Assembly (NCBI GenBank): GCA_002269645.1
Contig: NIVC01000452.1
Span: 186,001-250,000 of the forward strand
DNA: 64,000 nucleotides
Direction: 5' to 3'
From: Macrostomum lignano
Taxonomy: Eukaryota
Shown here: one piece after another, positions 1-13,650 of the stretch
Numbering within the stretch: the stretch's first letter is position 1
Layout of the letters: every line of letters begins with the position of its first letter
Program-made: the position numbers and the translations under genes
Notes under the pieces: model-generated
What the model was told of the DNA's origin: nothing
Databases searched by the model: none
Seen by the model: only the letters and a program-made list of their open reading frames with translations

Positions 1-443
1 CAGACAAAAATCGAAAAGCTAAATGGAATCTAATCTACGAGTAGCTCAACAAATCAGCAATACAGGGCCATTGAAAATACAAAAAGCACAAAGTACTCTT
101 ATTATAAAGAAGTTGCTTGATTCAAATTTGATCGTCAGAACAATTACTCGTAGTTACGAGCGTATAATTGCACAGAGCCTTGAATTTCATCTGAATAGCA
201 GTAGGTTAAACATTCCAGAGTTTTTTTACATGTTGGAAATATTTTTGTAAGATTGAGTGATGGCATAAAAACCAATATTATATTTTTTTTCGACACTGAA
301 TAAGAGCTTATCAACAAGAAAGAATAATGTCATAATTCGAAAGGGATAATAAGAAAATGTGTATTAATAGCTAAATTAGAGTACTCACAAATTTATCCGT
401 ACTTCTAGGGGTTAAAACGGTGGTAAAGACCATGATTGCACAC

Positions 444-1082
444 TGCACAGTCCTGGCCAAGGCCAACTAGCGGTGTACATTGGGGCAGGGGATATAAAGA
501 GGGCCGTTGCACAGTCCTGGCCAAGGCCAACTAGCGGGTGTACATTGGGGCAGGGGTTATAAAGAGGGCCGTTGCACAGTCCTGGCCAAGGCCAACTAGC
601 GGGTGTACATTGGGGCAGGGGTTATAAAGAGGGCCGTTGCACAGTCCTAACCAACTAGTGGGTGTACATTGGGGCAGGGGTTATAAAGAGGGCCGTTGCA
701 CAGTCCTGGCCAACTAGTGGGTGTACATTGGGGCAGGGGTTATAAAGAGGGCCGTTGCACAGTCCTAACCAACTAGTGGGTGTACATTGGGGCAGGGGTT
801 ATAAAGAGGGCCGTTGCACAGTCCTAACCAACTAGTGGGTGTACATTGGGGCAGGGGTTATAAAGAGGGCCGTTGCACAGTCCTAACCAACTAGTGGGTG
901 TACATTGGGGCAGGGGTTATAAAGAGGGCCGTTGCACAGTCCTGGCCAACTAGTGGGTGTACATTGGGGCAGGGGTTATAAAGAGGGCCGTTGCACAGTC
1001 CTGGCAACTAGTGGTGTACATTGGGGCAGGGGTTATAAAGAGGGCCGTTGCACAGTCCTGGCCAACTAGTGGGTACACTAGG
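444..1082. repeat. 59-bp minisatellite, about 11 copies, G4-capable
   Basis: Unit GGGCCGTTGCACAGTCCTAACCAACTAGTGGGTGTACATTGGGGCAGGGGTTATAAAGA. Confidence 0.95.
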
Positions 1083-1625
1083 GTAGTGGCTGTAATGTAG
1101 GCCGCTGCAAACGGCGATAAATTTAAAGCAACTAATTAACAACAATGGAAGTTAAATTGATCATATAGGCTGGAACAGGGTTATAAAGAAAATGAACGTT
1201 TAACACAGTCCAATGGAAAACAGTGGGTGTACATTGGCAAAGTAAATATATATATATAAAGATATATATTTTTATATTATACTTTTTCACATGATAAGTT
1301 CCTCACCTATAATCAAGACCAGAGCAGAATTACTAGCACATTCATATATATTTATGGGCGTACAAAAAGTTAAACCGGTTGAGAACAAAAAAACAAAGAA
1401 ACAAACAAATTATTATTTATTCGACGAGATCCCAGAAGGAAAACACACAATTAGCTCACTCTAATAGTGGTAATATGTTTATTTATATATCACCACTAGT
1501 AAAAGTACAAACTTGTGATGTACTTTAAAGGAAACTAAGGGCCTTTTTACTTAAATATAAACTGGTCGACATAAATTGCGCTTAATTAATCAATAGGTCA
1601 TTAACGCATAACTACTCGTATATGC

Positions 1626-1951
1626 GCCACTCAGTGCAAATTTTTGTGTAAGCTACTTTCAACTCAGTAGAAAGTTAAGCATTTTAATGTATTTAAGGAC
1701 AAGACTCTAATTAGCCCTGTTTTATTGCCTTCCTCAGAGTTCCAGCCTTAAGCTGCCTGCCATGTACATTCTCAGCGGCGCTAGTTAATGTACATTAACG
1801 GCTGCGCCAATAGCAAGCCGTTTTCCGGCTGCACGTCACTCCAACCGCCTTTCTTATTATAAAATATTTTGCACATGCTTCTTTACTACTGCACTGAAAG
1901 TCATAGAAACTGCTAGGCCAAGCCAATATGCCTAACTGGCCCATCCAGCTA
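1626..1951 (-). mobile_element. MITE family A copy, starting about 17 nt after the SCAMP stop
   Basis: Reverse-complement similarity to 45747-46196; termini ...GGCCCATCCAGCTA and GCCACTCAGTGCAAATTT; subterminal CTACTTTCAACTCAGTAG. Confidence 0.75.
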
Positions 1952-1968
1952 TTAAACACTATCTGTGA

Positions 1969-4900
1969 TCAGTAGCGACCGCCGCCGCCGGTGAAAGCGG
2001 ACCTGGCTGACGACGTGGCGGCATCGGCGGCCACCCCACGCACGGTCTCGTTAGAGAGAACGCCCTGGCTGAACTCTTGCTTGGCCTTGGCGAAGCTGGC
2101 CCCCGTGCTGCGGTAGATCCTGTGCACCTGTAAGCGCGACGATGATGCACTTGAAGCTGAGACGACACAAACAGACAGATACTGAGACAAACAGCACATA
2201 ATGAGACACAAATAGACAGATACTGAGACACAAATGGACAGATACTGAGACACAAACAGACAGTATAAATTATTGTACGTAGTTTTCAATCGAAACAAGT
2301 TAACACACGGTGCAGTAGCGTACACTCCAAGGTAAAACACGCTGAGTTGGCGGCTGGCACCCCCCATAGCTAGCTGGCAGTTTAGGCTCGGGTTCTGATC
2401 TTTGATGTGCATAGCCTCTAAGATATTCAAAGTGTGCTCATGGCGGCAAGAATCGATAATCTTAAATAAATCAATCGGTTTGCTGTTACAGCATGCAACT
2501 TATATTGTGTATTCAACTTATTACAGGTATATTTATTCAACTGTTTATTAGAATTTTCAATCTCACTACTGCACCGACTATGACCTACAAGTGTCGAAAT
2601 GCATTGGCAATTGAATTAAAGTAAATAAAAACAAGTTAATGTTTGTTCTCTCATTCATTTTATTCCTATTTATTAAGCGAGCTACTCTACCACAAACAGA
2701 CACATAATGAGACACAAACAGACACATAATGAGACACAAACAGACACATAATGAGACACAAACAGACAGATACTGAGACACAAACAGACAGATACTGAGA
2801 CACAAACAGACAGATACTGAGACACAAACAGACAGATACTGAGACAAAAACAGACAGATACTGAGACACAAACAGACACATACTGAGACAAACAGCACAT
2901 AATGAGACACAAATAGACAGATACTGAGACAAAAACAGACAGATACTGAGACAAAAACAGACAGATACTGAGACACAAACAGACAGATACTGAGACACAA
3001 ACAGACAGATACTGAGACACAAACAGACAGATACTGAGACAAACAGACACATACAAGGACACAAACAGAAAGACACAAAGTCGCACTAAAATATACAAGT
3101 CTAAAAAACAAAAGCGCACTAAAATTGATGCTAAGGCACGCACTAATAATTTAAAAAAACACATCATACATTTAATTCACACTACTCACCCGAATAAGTA
3201 GTATCATGTCAAGCACAGCCAGACAGGTGAAGCAGGCGGCGATGAACAGCATGAACCCGGCGGCGCCAAGGTTAGATTTCAGCATGCTGCTGCCGTTAAT
3301 CCAGCCGCACGAGCCCAGATAGTTGAAGCCGAGGCACTGCACAACCAGAATGACGAACTGGACGAAGAACACCAGAAAGAACAGAAAGAAGTTGAAGCTG
3401 CTGTCGTTCCTGCAATTTCGTAGGGGAGTTGGATTTGGGATCTGGGAGTGTGCCAGTGAAACACTGGGGATTTGGGAGTGTGCCTGTGAAACACTGGGGA
3501 TTTGGGAGTATGCCAGTGAAACACTGAGGATCCGGGATAATGCAGTGTACATGCAAGCACTCAATCAGCAAAGCCTCACTTGAACGCCTTGTACAGCGGG
3601 CGAAACCAGCAAATAAAGGAGCAGGGCGGCAGGATGACACACAGCAGCAGAGACACGCCAAACACGGCTCCAGCTGTTGAGGCGTCGGTGCTGGAAGCTT
3701 CAATAAAGTACGCCAGGGTGCCCAGGGTGTTGATTAGTAGTACAGCCACGTGCGCCATCCACAGGTAATAGCCCAGCCTCACAATCCACCGAAACTCCTG
3801 AGAAATTTCCAATTCAAAGTCCTGATAGAAGCAGGGCCCGACAGGGCAGAATGACGGAAGAGGCGGCCAGTTGTTGTTGCGGTCTGGAAGCAGAAATTCA
3901 GGCATTGTGCATAAAGCTAACTGTTGTTTTATTGGATTAAGGGGACAATCTACATCTACTGCTAAACTGGGGATCAGGGGGGGGCAATCTACTGCTGGAC
4001 TGGGGATCAAGGGGGGCAATCTACTGCTGGACTGGGGATCAAAGAGGAGGGGCAATCTACTGCTGGACTGGGGATCAAAGAGGAGGGGCAATCTACTGCT
4101 GGTCTGGGGATCAAAGAGGAGGGGCAATCTACTGCTGGACTGGGGATCAAAGAGGAGGGGCAATCTACTGCTGGACTGGGGATCAAGGGGGGGGCAATCT
4201 ACTGCTGGACTGGGGATCAAAGAGGAGGGGCAATCTACTGCTGGACTGGGGATCAAAGAGGAGGGGCAATCTACTGCTGGTCTGGGGATCAAGGGGGGGG
4301 GCAATCTACTGCTGGACTGGGGATCAAGGGGGGGCAATCTACTGCTGGACTGGGGATCAGGGGGGCAATCTACTGCTGGACTGGGGATCAGGGGGCAATC
4401 TACTGCTGGACTGGGGATCAAGAGGGAGGGACAATCTACTGCTAAACAGGGGATCAAGGGGGGGGCAATCTACTGCTGGACTGGGGATCAGGGGGGGGCA
4501 ATCTACTGCTGGACTGGGGATCAGGGGGGGGCAATCTACTGCTGGACTGGGGATCAGGGGGGGCAATCTACTGCTGGACTGGGGATCAAGGGGGGGACAA
4601 TCTACTGCTGGACTGGGGATCAGGGGGGGGGACAATCTACTGCTGGACTAGGGATCAAAGGGGGGGGGACAATCTACTGCTGGACTGGGGATCAGGGGGG
4701 CAATCTACTGCTGGACTGGGGATCAGGGGGGGGATCAAAGGGGGGGACAATCTACTGCTGGACTGGGGATCAGGGGGGCAATCTACTGCTGGACTGGGGA
4801 TCAAGAGGGAGGGACAATCTACTGCTGGACTAGGGATCAAAGGGTGGGGGGACAATCTACTGCTGGACTGGGGATCAGGGGGGGGGACAATCTACTGCTG

Positions 4901-7900
4901 GACTGGGGATCAAAGAGGAGGGGCAATCTACTGCTGGACTGGGGATCAAAGAGGAGGGGCAATCTACTGCTGGTCTGGGGATCAAGGGGGGGGGCAATCT
5001 ACTGCTGGACTGGAGATCAAGGGGGGGGGCAATCTACTGCTGGACTGGGGATCAGGGGGGCAATCTACTGCTGGACTGGGGATCAGGGGGGCAATCTACT
5101 GCTGGACTGGGGATCAAGAGGGAGGGACAATCTACTGCTAAACAGGGGATCAAGGGGGGGGGCAATCTACTGCTGGACTGGGGATCAGGGGGGGCAATCT
5201 ACTGCTGGACTGGGGATCAGGGGGGGCAATCTACTGCTGGACTGGGGATCAGGGGGGGGCAATCTACTGCTGGACTGGGGATCAAGGGGGGGGACAATCT
5301 ACTGCTGGACTGGGGATCAGGGGGGGGGACAATCTACTGCTGGACTAGGGATCAAAGGGGGGGACAATCTACTGCTGGACTGGGGATCAGGGGGGCAATC
5401 TACTGCTGGACTGGGGATCAGGGGGGATCAAAGGGGGGGACAATCTACTGCTGGACTGGGGATCAAGGGGGGCAATCTACTGCTGGACTGGGGATCAAGA
5501 GGGAGGGACAATCTACTGCTGGACTAGGGATCAAAGGGTGGGGGGACAATCTACTGCTAGACTGGGGATCAGGGGGGGGGACAATCTACTGCTGGACTGG
5601 GGATCAAGAGGGAGGGACAATCTACTGCTAAACTGGGGATCAAGAGGGAGGGACAATCTACTGCTAAACAGGGGATCAAGGGGGGGCAATCTACTGCTGG
5701 ACTGGGGATCAGGGGGGCAATCTACTGCTGGACTGGGGATCAGGGGGGGCAATCTACTGCTGGACTGGGGATCAAGGGGGGGGGACAATCTACTGCTGGA
5801 CTGGGATCAGGGGGGGACAATCTACTGCTGGACTGGGATCAAAGGGGGGACAATCTACTGCTGGACTGGGATCAAAGGGGGGCAATCTACTGCTGGACTG
5901 GGGATCAGGGGGGGGGACAATCTACTGCTGGACTGGGGATCAAGAGGGGGACAATCTACTGCTACTGGGGATCAAGAGGGAGGGACAATCTACTGCTGGA
6001 CTAGGGGATCAAGGGGGGGGGACAATCTACTGCTGGACTGGGGATCAGGGGGGGGCAATCTACTGCTGGACTGGGGATCAGGGGGGCAATCTACTGCTGG
6101 ACTGGGGATCAAGGGGGGGGACAATCTACTGCTGGACTGGGGATCAGGGGGGGGCAATCTACTGCTGGACTGGGATCAAAGGGGGGGGACAATCTACTGC
6201 TGGACTGGGGATCAAAGGGGGGGACAATCTACTGCTAAACTGGGGATCAAGGGGGGCAATCTACTGCTGGACTGGGGATCAGGGGGGCAATCTACTGCTG
6301 GACTGGGGATCAGGGGGGGGCAATCTACTGCTGGACTGGGGATCAGGGGGGGCAATCTACTGCTGGACTGGGGATCAAGAGGGAGGGACAATCTACTGCT
6401 GGACTAGGGATCAAAGGGTGGGGGGACAATCTACTGCTGGACTGGGGATCAGGGGGGGCAATCTACTGCTGGACTGGGGATCAAAGAGGAGGGGCAATCT
6501 ACTGCTGGACTGGGGATCAAAGAGGAGGGGCAATCTACTGCTGGTCTGGGGATCAAGGGGGGGCAATCTACTGCTGGACTGGGGATCAGGGGGGCAATCT
6601 ACTGCTGGACTGGGGATCAGGGGGGCAATCTACTGCTGGACTGGGGATCAAGAGGGAGGGACAATCTACTGCTAAACAGGGGATCAAGGGGGGGGCAATC
6701 TACTGCTGGACTGGGGATCAGGGGGGGGCAATCTACTGCTGGACTGGGGATCAGGGGGGGGCAATCTACTGCTGGACTGGGGATCAGGGGGGGCAATCTA
6801 CTGCTGGACTGGGGATCAAGGGGGGGACAATCTACTGCTGGACTGGGGATCAGGGGGGGGACAATCTACTGCTGGACTAGGGATCAAAGGGGGGGGGACA
6901 ATCTACTGCTGGACTGGGGATCAGGGGGGCAATCTACTGCTGGACTGGGGATCAGGGGGGGATCAAAGGGGGGGACAATCTACTGCTGGACTGGGGATCA
7001 GGGGGGGGGCAATCTACTGCTGGACTGGGGATCAAGAGGGAGGGACAATCTACTGCTGGACTAGGGATCAAAGGGTGGGGGGACAATCTACTGCTAGACT
7101 GGGGATCAGGGGGGGGGACAATCTACTGCTGGACTGGGGATCAAGAGGGAGGGACAATCTACTGCTAAACTGGGGATCAAGAGGGAGGGACAATCTACTG
7201 CTAAACAGGGGATCAAGGGGGGGCAATCTACTGCTGGACTGGGGATCAGGGGGGGGCAATCTACTGCTGGACTGGGGATCAGGGGGGGCAATCTACTGCT
7301 GGACTGGGGATCAAGGGGGGGGGACAATCTACTGCTGGACTGGGGATCAGGGGGGGACAATCTACTGCTGGACTAGGGATCAAAGGGGGGGACAATCTAC
7401 TGCTGGACTAGGGATCAAAGGGTGGGGGGACAATCTACTGCTGGACTGGGGATCAGGGGGGGGACAATCTACTGCTGGACTGGGGATCAAGAGGGAGGGA
7501 CAATCTACTGCTAAACTGGGGATCAAGAGGGAGGGACAATCTACTGCTAAACAGGGGATCAAGGGGGGGCAATCTACTGCTGGACTGGGGATCAGGGGGG
7601 GGCAATCTACTGCTGGACTGGGGATCAGGGGGGCAATCTACTGCTGGACTGGGGATCAAGGGGGGGGGGACAATCTACTGCTGGACTGGGGATCAGGGGG
7701 GGACAATCTACTGCTGGACTAGGGATCAAAGGGGGGGACAATCTACTGCTAAACTGGGGATCAAGGGGGGGGGCAATCTACTGCTGGACTGGGGATCAAG
7801 GGGGGGATAGCGAAGGGTCAGAAGCAATTCTGAAAGAGACACAAAGTCAGTCTTACATCCGCCAGAGCCACCGGCCTGCATTTCCTGTTCCCGTCGCCGT

Positions 7901-10900
7901 TGTTCCTCCTCGCGGCGCTCCAGCTCCCTGGCCTTGGCCTCCAGTTCTCGTTGGCGCCGTTCCAACTCCTCCGAAGTGACACGCTGCTGGGCGCTGGCAC
8001 TGTAGGCAGGCGGCGGCTGCTGCTGCTGCTGCTGACTAGAAGGCAGCACAGCCGGCTGACTTGGCGGCTGCTGTTTGGCTGATTTGTCAAACGGATTGAA
8101 TTCGTCTGTTGGTCGCTGGGCTGGCTGGCTGCCGCCACTGCCGCCGCGGGCCTGCTGAACTGATGCATCCTGGTTGGTTTGGATACGAGTCTTGGTTTAC
8201 AACAGTTATAAATGACTATAATATTTAGCCATAAATAAAGAGTTTTCTCTATTTAGGCATGTGATTGATTTCAGAAAAAGCTCAACCGATCCTCATAAAA
8301 CTGGCACCATTCAATTGGAAATTTTTCTAGCAATGGTACATGTGATGTGGCTAAGAAATTGCTCAATGCTAAAGGGATTAAATACTTGAAAAATATGCTT
8401 TTAGCAAAGGTCAAGCATACTTTTTGACTTGAAATGAATTTTAAATAGTATATTTTAATATAGCACAATCAGGACACAGGTGATAGCTATTCTCCTTTTG
8501 GCTAAGACCTAGAAAAGTTCAAGGCAAGACAAAGTGTATTTTAGCCAAAATATAGGCCTGCCCTCTCTGCCCTCCCCTTGTATCTTCACCTCTAGAAACT
8601 GCCCTTTTTATTAAATCTTTTGCTGCAAAGCAAAAACAAATTAAGTTGCTTTCAGCTGTCATGATGAGCTACTCAGATATATGGGCTTATGGTATCAGTT
8701 TGATCAATAGTTCCATAGTCTCAGCTCCTTAGACTGGCTAGCCATGGTTAACAGGTTAAAAAGAATCCAAAAGTTAATATTCAAGACTTTTCCTGCTTTG
8801 TGGAACTTGGAAGAATAACAGTGAACAAAATTTCAAATAAGGAATTGCACTTTTGAAGTGTTTCTGCTGCTTGGCTTCCCTATGCGCCCTTTCTAAAGAA
8901 AACAAGCTTGTAGGCTTTTTAACAAGGGCATGGAAAGCTTTTGCTACAAGTATAAGATGAAAGATAAGACATGGGTATACCTAAACAGCTTTGGTATAAA
9001 CAAGGGCATAGCTACTATTTTTTTCAAGGGTGTTGATTTTTACTCCTAGGTTCTGAACTTTTGCTTAGAAAGTTAAATACACTATCAATTTTCACTTTTG
9101 CATAAATATTCTATGCCAAACTGCACCAGCATGGTAGACTGTGCCTGTATTGCTAGGGGCCAATCTATGCTAGATACTATCTACAATAAGGGCCATTTGC
9201 TGCAATAGGGTCATCAACCATATTTAGCAACTGCAATAAAAATTGAGAAGCTACTTTGTAGTATATAAGAAGTCTTGATAAAGTTAGCTTAAAAATAATT
9301 GTTTAACAACTTATTGACCAATACTAAGCTACAATCAGCTATCCTATAGAATGTTTGTTAAATTAATTTTTGCTTGATTCAACCCCAACAAGTGAACAAA
9401 CTAACAATTAATATATGCTAGCAACTAAATTGTTTGTTATATCTCTATAGGTGGCACAATCCAACTTAAAACTACTAGTTGTCTAGCCATCTAGACAATC
9501 TAAATCAAAAAAGTAAACGATAGCTTGAGTTGAATACCAGTATTAGTAGCTTAGCAGCTAATTTTTCAATTTCAAATACATCTCTTTTTAAAGGTCCCCT
9601 TTTATTGTCACAGCCTTTTGACCATAGACATGTTTTCATGCTTTATACATGCAAAACTGATATTATTTCAAGAATTCCTAATATATATATCAATGCGAAA
9701 ATTCAAATTGAATAGAGATATATTGTAGATAAAATTACCTAGTCATATTATTACTTTATGGTAAAGTAGTAGGAGCCTAACCTTATATTTAATTATGGCA
9801 ATTGACTATAACAAATAATTTATTTATTAGTACATGATAAACTGTTACTTTGTTTACTTTTTTATATTTTTAGACTTTAAAAATGAAAACAATCAAATTC
9901 AAGCAAAAAGTTAATGATTAGGCCTAATGAATGCTTCTATAAGATCTAAAAAGCCAACTGTGTAGTCTCCCTTAATACAATCAGTGTTGGGTACCATTAA
10001 TGAAAATCTTAATTTCCATTAATGGGAAGAGCATTAGTGTTAAAAAATATTAACTTATCAACTTTTAACTTCATTAAGTTAACTGAAAGTTAACTGATAA
10101 TTGTTAATTTTAATTTGTTAAAGTTAACACAAAAATATAGAAACCTTGCACATTTTTATAATACACTGTCTTTGCTTTCCCCTTTTTAGCAAAACATAGA
10201 GGTCATCTAAAGGATTTACAAGCTAAAAAGTAATAAATAATAATTTAAAAAACTTGTTTATATAATACTACTAAATTAAGCATATATGATATAATTAAAG
10301 TAGTAACTTTTTTATTTGAAACTTGAAAACTCATCTATAATTTTGCAACTTTTTTAAACTTATATTTTTGTTTTTTCTTTGCATCTTTGGTCATTGACAT
10401 TTCCATTAACATTAATGATGAATTTGTTATTAACTCACAAAGTTATTAATGCAAATTTGTTAGTAAATTTGTTTAAAAATCTTAATGGTAGTCCATTAAC
10501 ATTAGGCCCTAATGAAAAATCTTAACACTTATTAATGTTTATTAATGGATTAATGTTTATTAACACTAATAGACTAGTGCCTAACATTGAATATAATCAT
10601 AACTCAGTTATTTAAGTCTAGCATACCATACAGTGCACCATCCCCACATTTTCATTGGAGCTGCAGTATGTGAATGATACACAAATATATAATCTTAAAA
10701 ATATGCAAAGACAAATATATATGCAACCTCATTGCATTTGGCATATAGCCACAAGTATGCAACCCCCAACCCCATTTTAGATACATATAAAAGCCAGCGG
10801 CATAAAATAAAACTTTTATTGGGCCTACATTGCATAAATTAACATCTATCTAGATAAGGCCTAATTGTTAAATTAAATCCTGAATATAGCTTGTATATAC

Positions 10901-11443
10901 ATTGAAGCATGCATTGAAGCTTGTGCCCCATGCCATGCCCATAGTATGGCTTTCTCCAAAATGACTTGCCAAACTTTCTCCAAAATGACTTTTGCCTTAA
11001 TGTCTTTTTGGGTATCTTCAAGTTTCGTTCGTTTAATTCCAACCACCCTTGAATAGAGGGCGAAATAATTCCGGAAATAATTAAACAAACGAAACTTGAA
11101 GATTGCCATCTTTTTGCCTATGTGACCTACACCCTATGATCACCTACCCACCATATACTAAACTTAGAAGCCTGTAATTAATTGATACAACACTAAGCAT
11201 TAAAAAATTCCAACCCCAAAGCCCACTAGAGGCCTATTGTGAAAAGGCTTTGTCTACATTTCAACTATAGCTAGTCCTACTCACTCCTAATCAATGACAA
11301 TGTTATTATATGGTCAAGACTTCCCAGATAGTTAAAGCAGGATAGATAGACGTTATATACTTTTTCACTTAGGCTAAGGCACTTACCATGAATGGATTGC
11401 TATCTGATGATGGTTCAGCAAATGGGTTGTCAAAAGTAGACAT
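1969..11443 (-). CDS. SCAMP: Secretory carrier-associated membrane protein (SCAMP), 5 coding exons, 350 aa
   Basis: Exons (minus): 11443-11387 ([19 protein letters not shown], donor GTAAGT), 8169-7857 (DASVQQAR...DEFNPF...coiled coil [21 protein letters not shown]), 3883-3580 ([21 protein letters not shown]...[11 protein letters not shown]), 3409-3190 ([13 protein letters not shown]3-4), 2127-1969 ([25 protein letters not shown]). All introns are GT-AG with matching phases (0,1,2,0); total 1053 nt. Three NPF motifs, NWPP and the E-peptide [10 protein letters not shown] are SCAMP hallmarks. Confidence 0.96.
2158..3075. repeat. 22-bp minisatellite in two blocks (2158-2270 and 2694-3075), SCAMP intron 4
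   Basis: Unit GAGACACAAACAGACAGATACT, with a CATAAT variant. Confidence 0.95.
3434..3535. repeat. 30-bp minisatellite, about 3.5 copies, SCAMP intron 3
   Basis: Unit GGGATTTGGGAGTGTGCCAGTGAAACACTG. Confidence 0.9.
3945..7807. repeat. 3.9-kb G-rich 28-32-bp minisatellite with higher-order structure, SCAMP intron 2
   Basis: Unit CAATCTACTGCTGGACTGGGGATCA(A)G(n). The marker variant TAGGGATCAAAGGGTGGGGG recurs near 4830, 5525, 6405, 7062 and 7410. Confidence 0.97.
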
Positions 11444-12685
11444 GACTTGAATATACAAAAAAATTAAAGGAATAAGGGGCACAAGAGGCAAGACTTGATT
11501 TAGACTTTGAGAAGTGAACTCAAATTTGTGCTTTGCTTATCTTTTAATTGTACGTCTGTATAGGCCTATCTTCTTAAAGTAAGAAAATTAGAAGAACTAC
11601 GACTGGCCTGAGATCTTAAAAATCGGATCAGCTGGCTGAATATCCGCAAAATTTACACTAAGTTCATAGAAAAACTGCTACTCAAGATTTATTTGAAAAC
11701 CGAAGCAATGGAGCACTTTGTGAAAAAAAGCACGCTGGTATTTTTGTAATTTTGATTCTAATCTTGAGAAAAAATAAATTTCCTTAAAAAATTACAAAAT
11801 TAAAAAAGAGCACAGTTTGTTATACGGGTAGGCCTAACTTTATCTCGAACCCCACTTTTTTTCGTTTTTATGTCTAGGTTTTATGTCTAGGTTTTGTTTA
11901 GACAAAAATCCTTTTTGTCTAAACAACCTTTGTTTATGATACTGATCATACAAATATAACAACTTATAAACTTTAATAAATTATAATTATGAACTTTATT
12001 GCTTGCGTTGCATAAGCCTACGCCTATAAGCATCACTTTGATTCAATAGTTTCCTAATCTTTAGTAAATTTCTACTATGCTAGTGCTTTGAAACAATCTT
12101 TCCTATTTGTATTTTATTAATTCAATAATTGATTTAAAAAATCTTACTAGAGTCCCTAATTTAATAGCAAATAAAGAAATTATTGGCAAACAATAAAAAC
12201 AAAAGGTTGAAAAGCTTTTAAAATAAATATTTTTAAGAGCTTAATTTTTTCTAGATAGGAAAACATTGTAAAGCCTATTATACATCTTGTAAAAATCTGT
12301 GTAAGTGTAAGATAAAAGTGTAAGATAAAAGCTAAAATGCAAAAAGCTCTTAGTAGATTTTGAGCTTAGTTAGAGAAAGTTGTAGAAACAGATGACATTT
12401 AGATTGAATAAATTTGTTCTTGACAGCTTATATGATTCTTTCTGCATATGGAATAGTAGGTGCTGAATTGATAGGGTTCTTTTTCCTACTCCTATGCTAA
12501 AACCTTATCTCATGCATTTCAGCTCTGCACTTATTTGTTTGAATTTAAATCAAAATATACTTATGCATTACTTATACAAAGTGTGACATTTCAATGGAAC
12601 CACCTTACAAGCATAGTATATTCTAGTATGTAGTATATTAATCATTCTAATCTAGTACTCCTAGTCCCAACTAAGATATCTTACA

Positions 12686-13650
12686 CTCACGAGAGATTGC
12701 TCGGATTGTCAGGGACTCACAAGAGATTGCTCAGATTGTCGGGACCTCACAAATTCACAAGAGATTGCTCAGATTGTTGGGAACTCACAATATATTGCTC
12801 AGATTGTCAGGGACTCACAAGAGATTGCTCAGATTGTCGAGAACTCACAAAGTCACAAGAGATTGCTCAGATTGTCGGGAACTCACAAAGTCACAAGAGA
12901 TTGCTCAGATTGTCGAGAACTCAGTCACAAGAGATTGCTCAGATTGTCGGAACTCACAATATATTGCCCAGATTGTCAGGGACTCACAAGAGATTGCTCA
13001 GATTGTCAGGGACTCACAATATATTGCTCCGATTGTCAGGGACTCACAAGAGATTGCTCAGATTGTCAGGGACTCACAATATATTGCTCCGATTGTCAGG
13101 GACTCACAATATTGCTCAGATTGTCAGGGACTCACAAGATATTGCTCAGATTGTCGAGAACTCACAAAGTCACAAGAGATTGCTCAGATTGTCAGAGACT
13201 CACAAGATATTGCTCCGATTGTCAGGGACTCACAATATATTGCTCAGATTGTCAGGGACTCACAAGAGATTGCTCAGATTGTCAGGGACTCACAAGATAT
13301 TGCTCCGATTGTCAGGGACTCACAATATATTGCTCAGATTGTCAGGGACTCACAAGAGATTGCTCAGATTGTCAGGGACTCACAAGGTGTTGCTCCGATT
13401 GTCAGGGACTCACAAGAGATTGCTCAGATTGTCGAGAACTCACAAAGTCACAAGAGATTGATCCGATTGTCAGGGACTCACAAGATATTGCTCAGCTTGT
13501 CAGGGACTCACAAGATATTGCTCAGATTGTCAGGGACTCACAAGAGATTGCTGAGATTGTCAGGGACTCACAAGAGATTGCTCAGATTGTCAGGGACTCA
13601 CAAGGTATTGCTCAGCTTGTCAGGGACTCACAAGATATTGCTCAGCTTGT
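12686..13650. repeat. 30-bp minisatellite just upstream of CIAO2B
   Basis: Unit ATTGCTCAGATTGTCAGGGACTCACAAGAG, with 39-bp variants. Confidence 0.96.

Noticed and set aside
23-250. 75-aa ORF at the window start
   Set aside because: AT-rich, no recognisable motif, and its context is cut off by the window edge.
3576-7722. Long ORFs (up to 320 aa) on both strands in the G-rich array
   Set aside because: They are translations of a stop-poor minisatellite inside SCAMP intron 2; only the part of ORF 3576-4457 below 3883 is a real exon.
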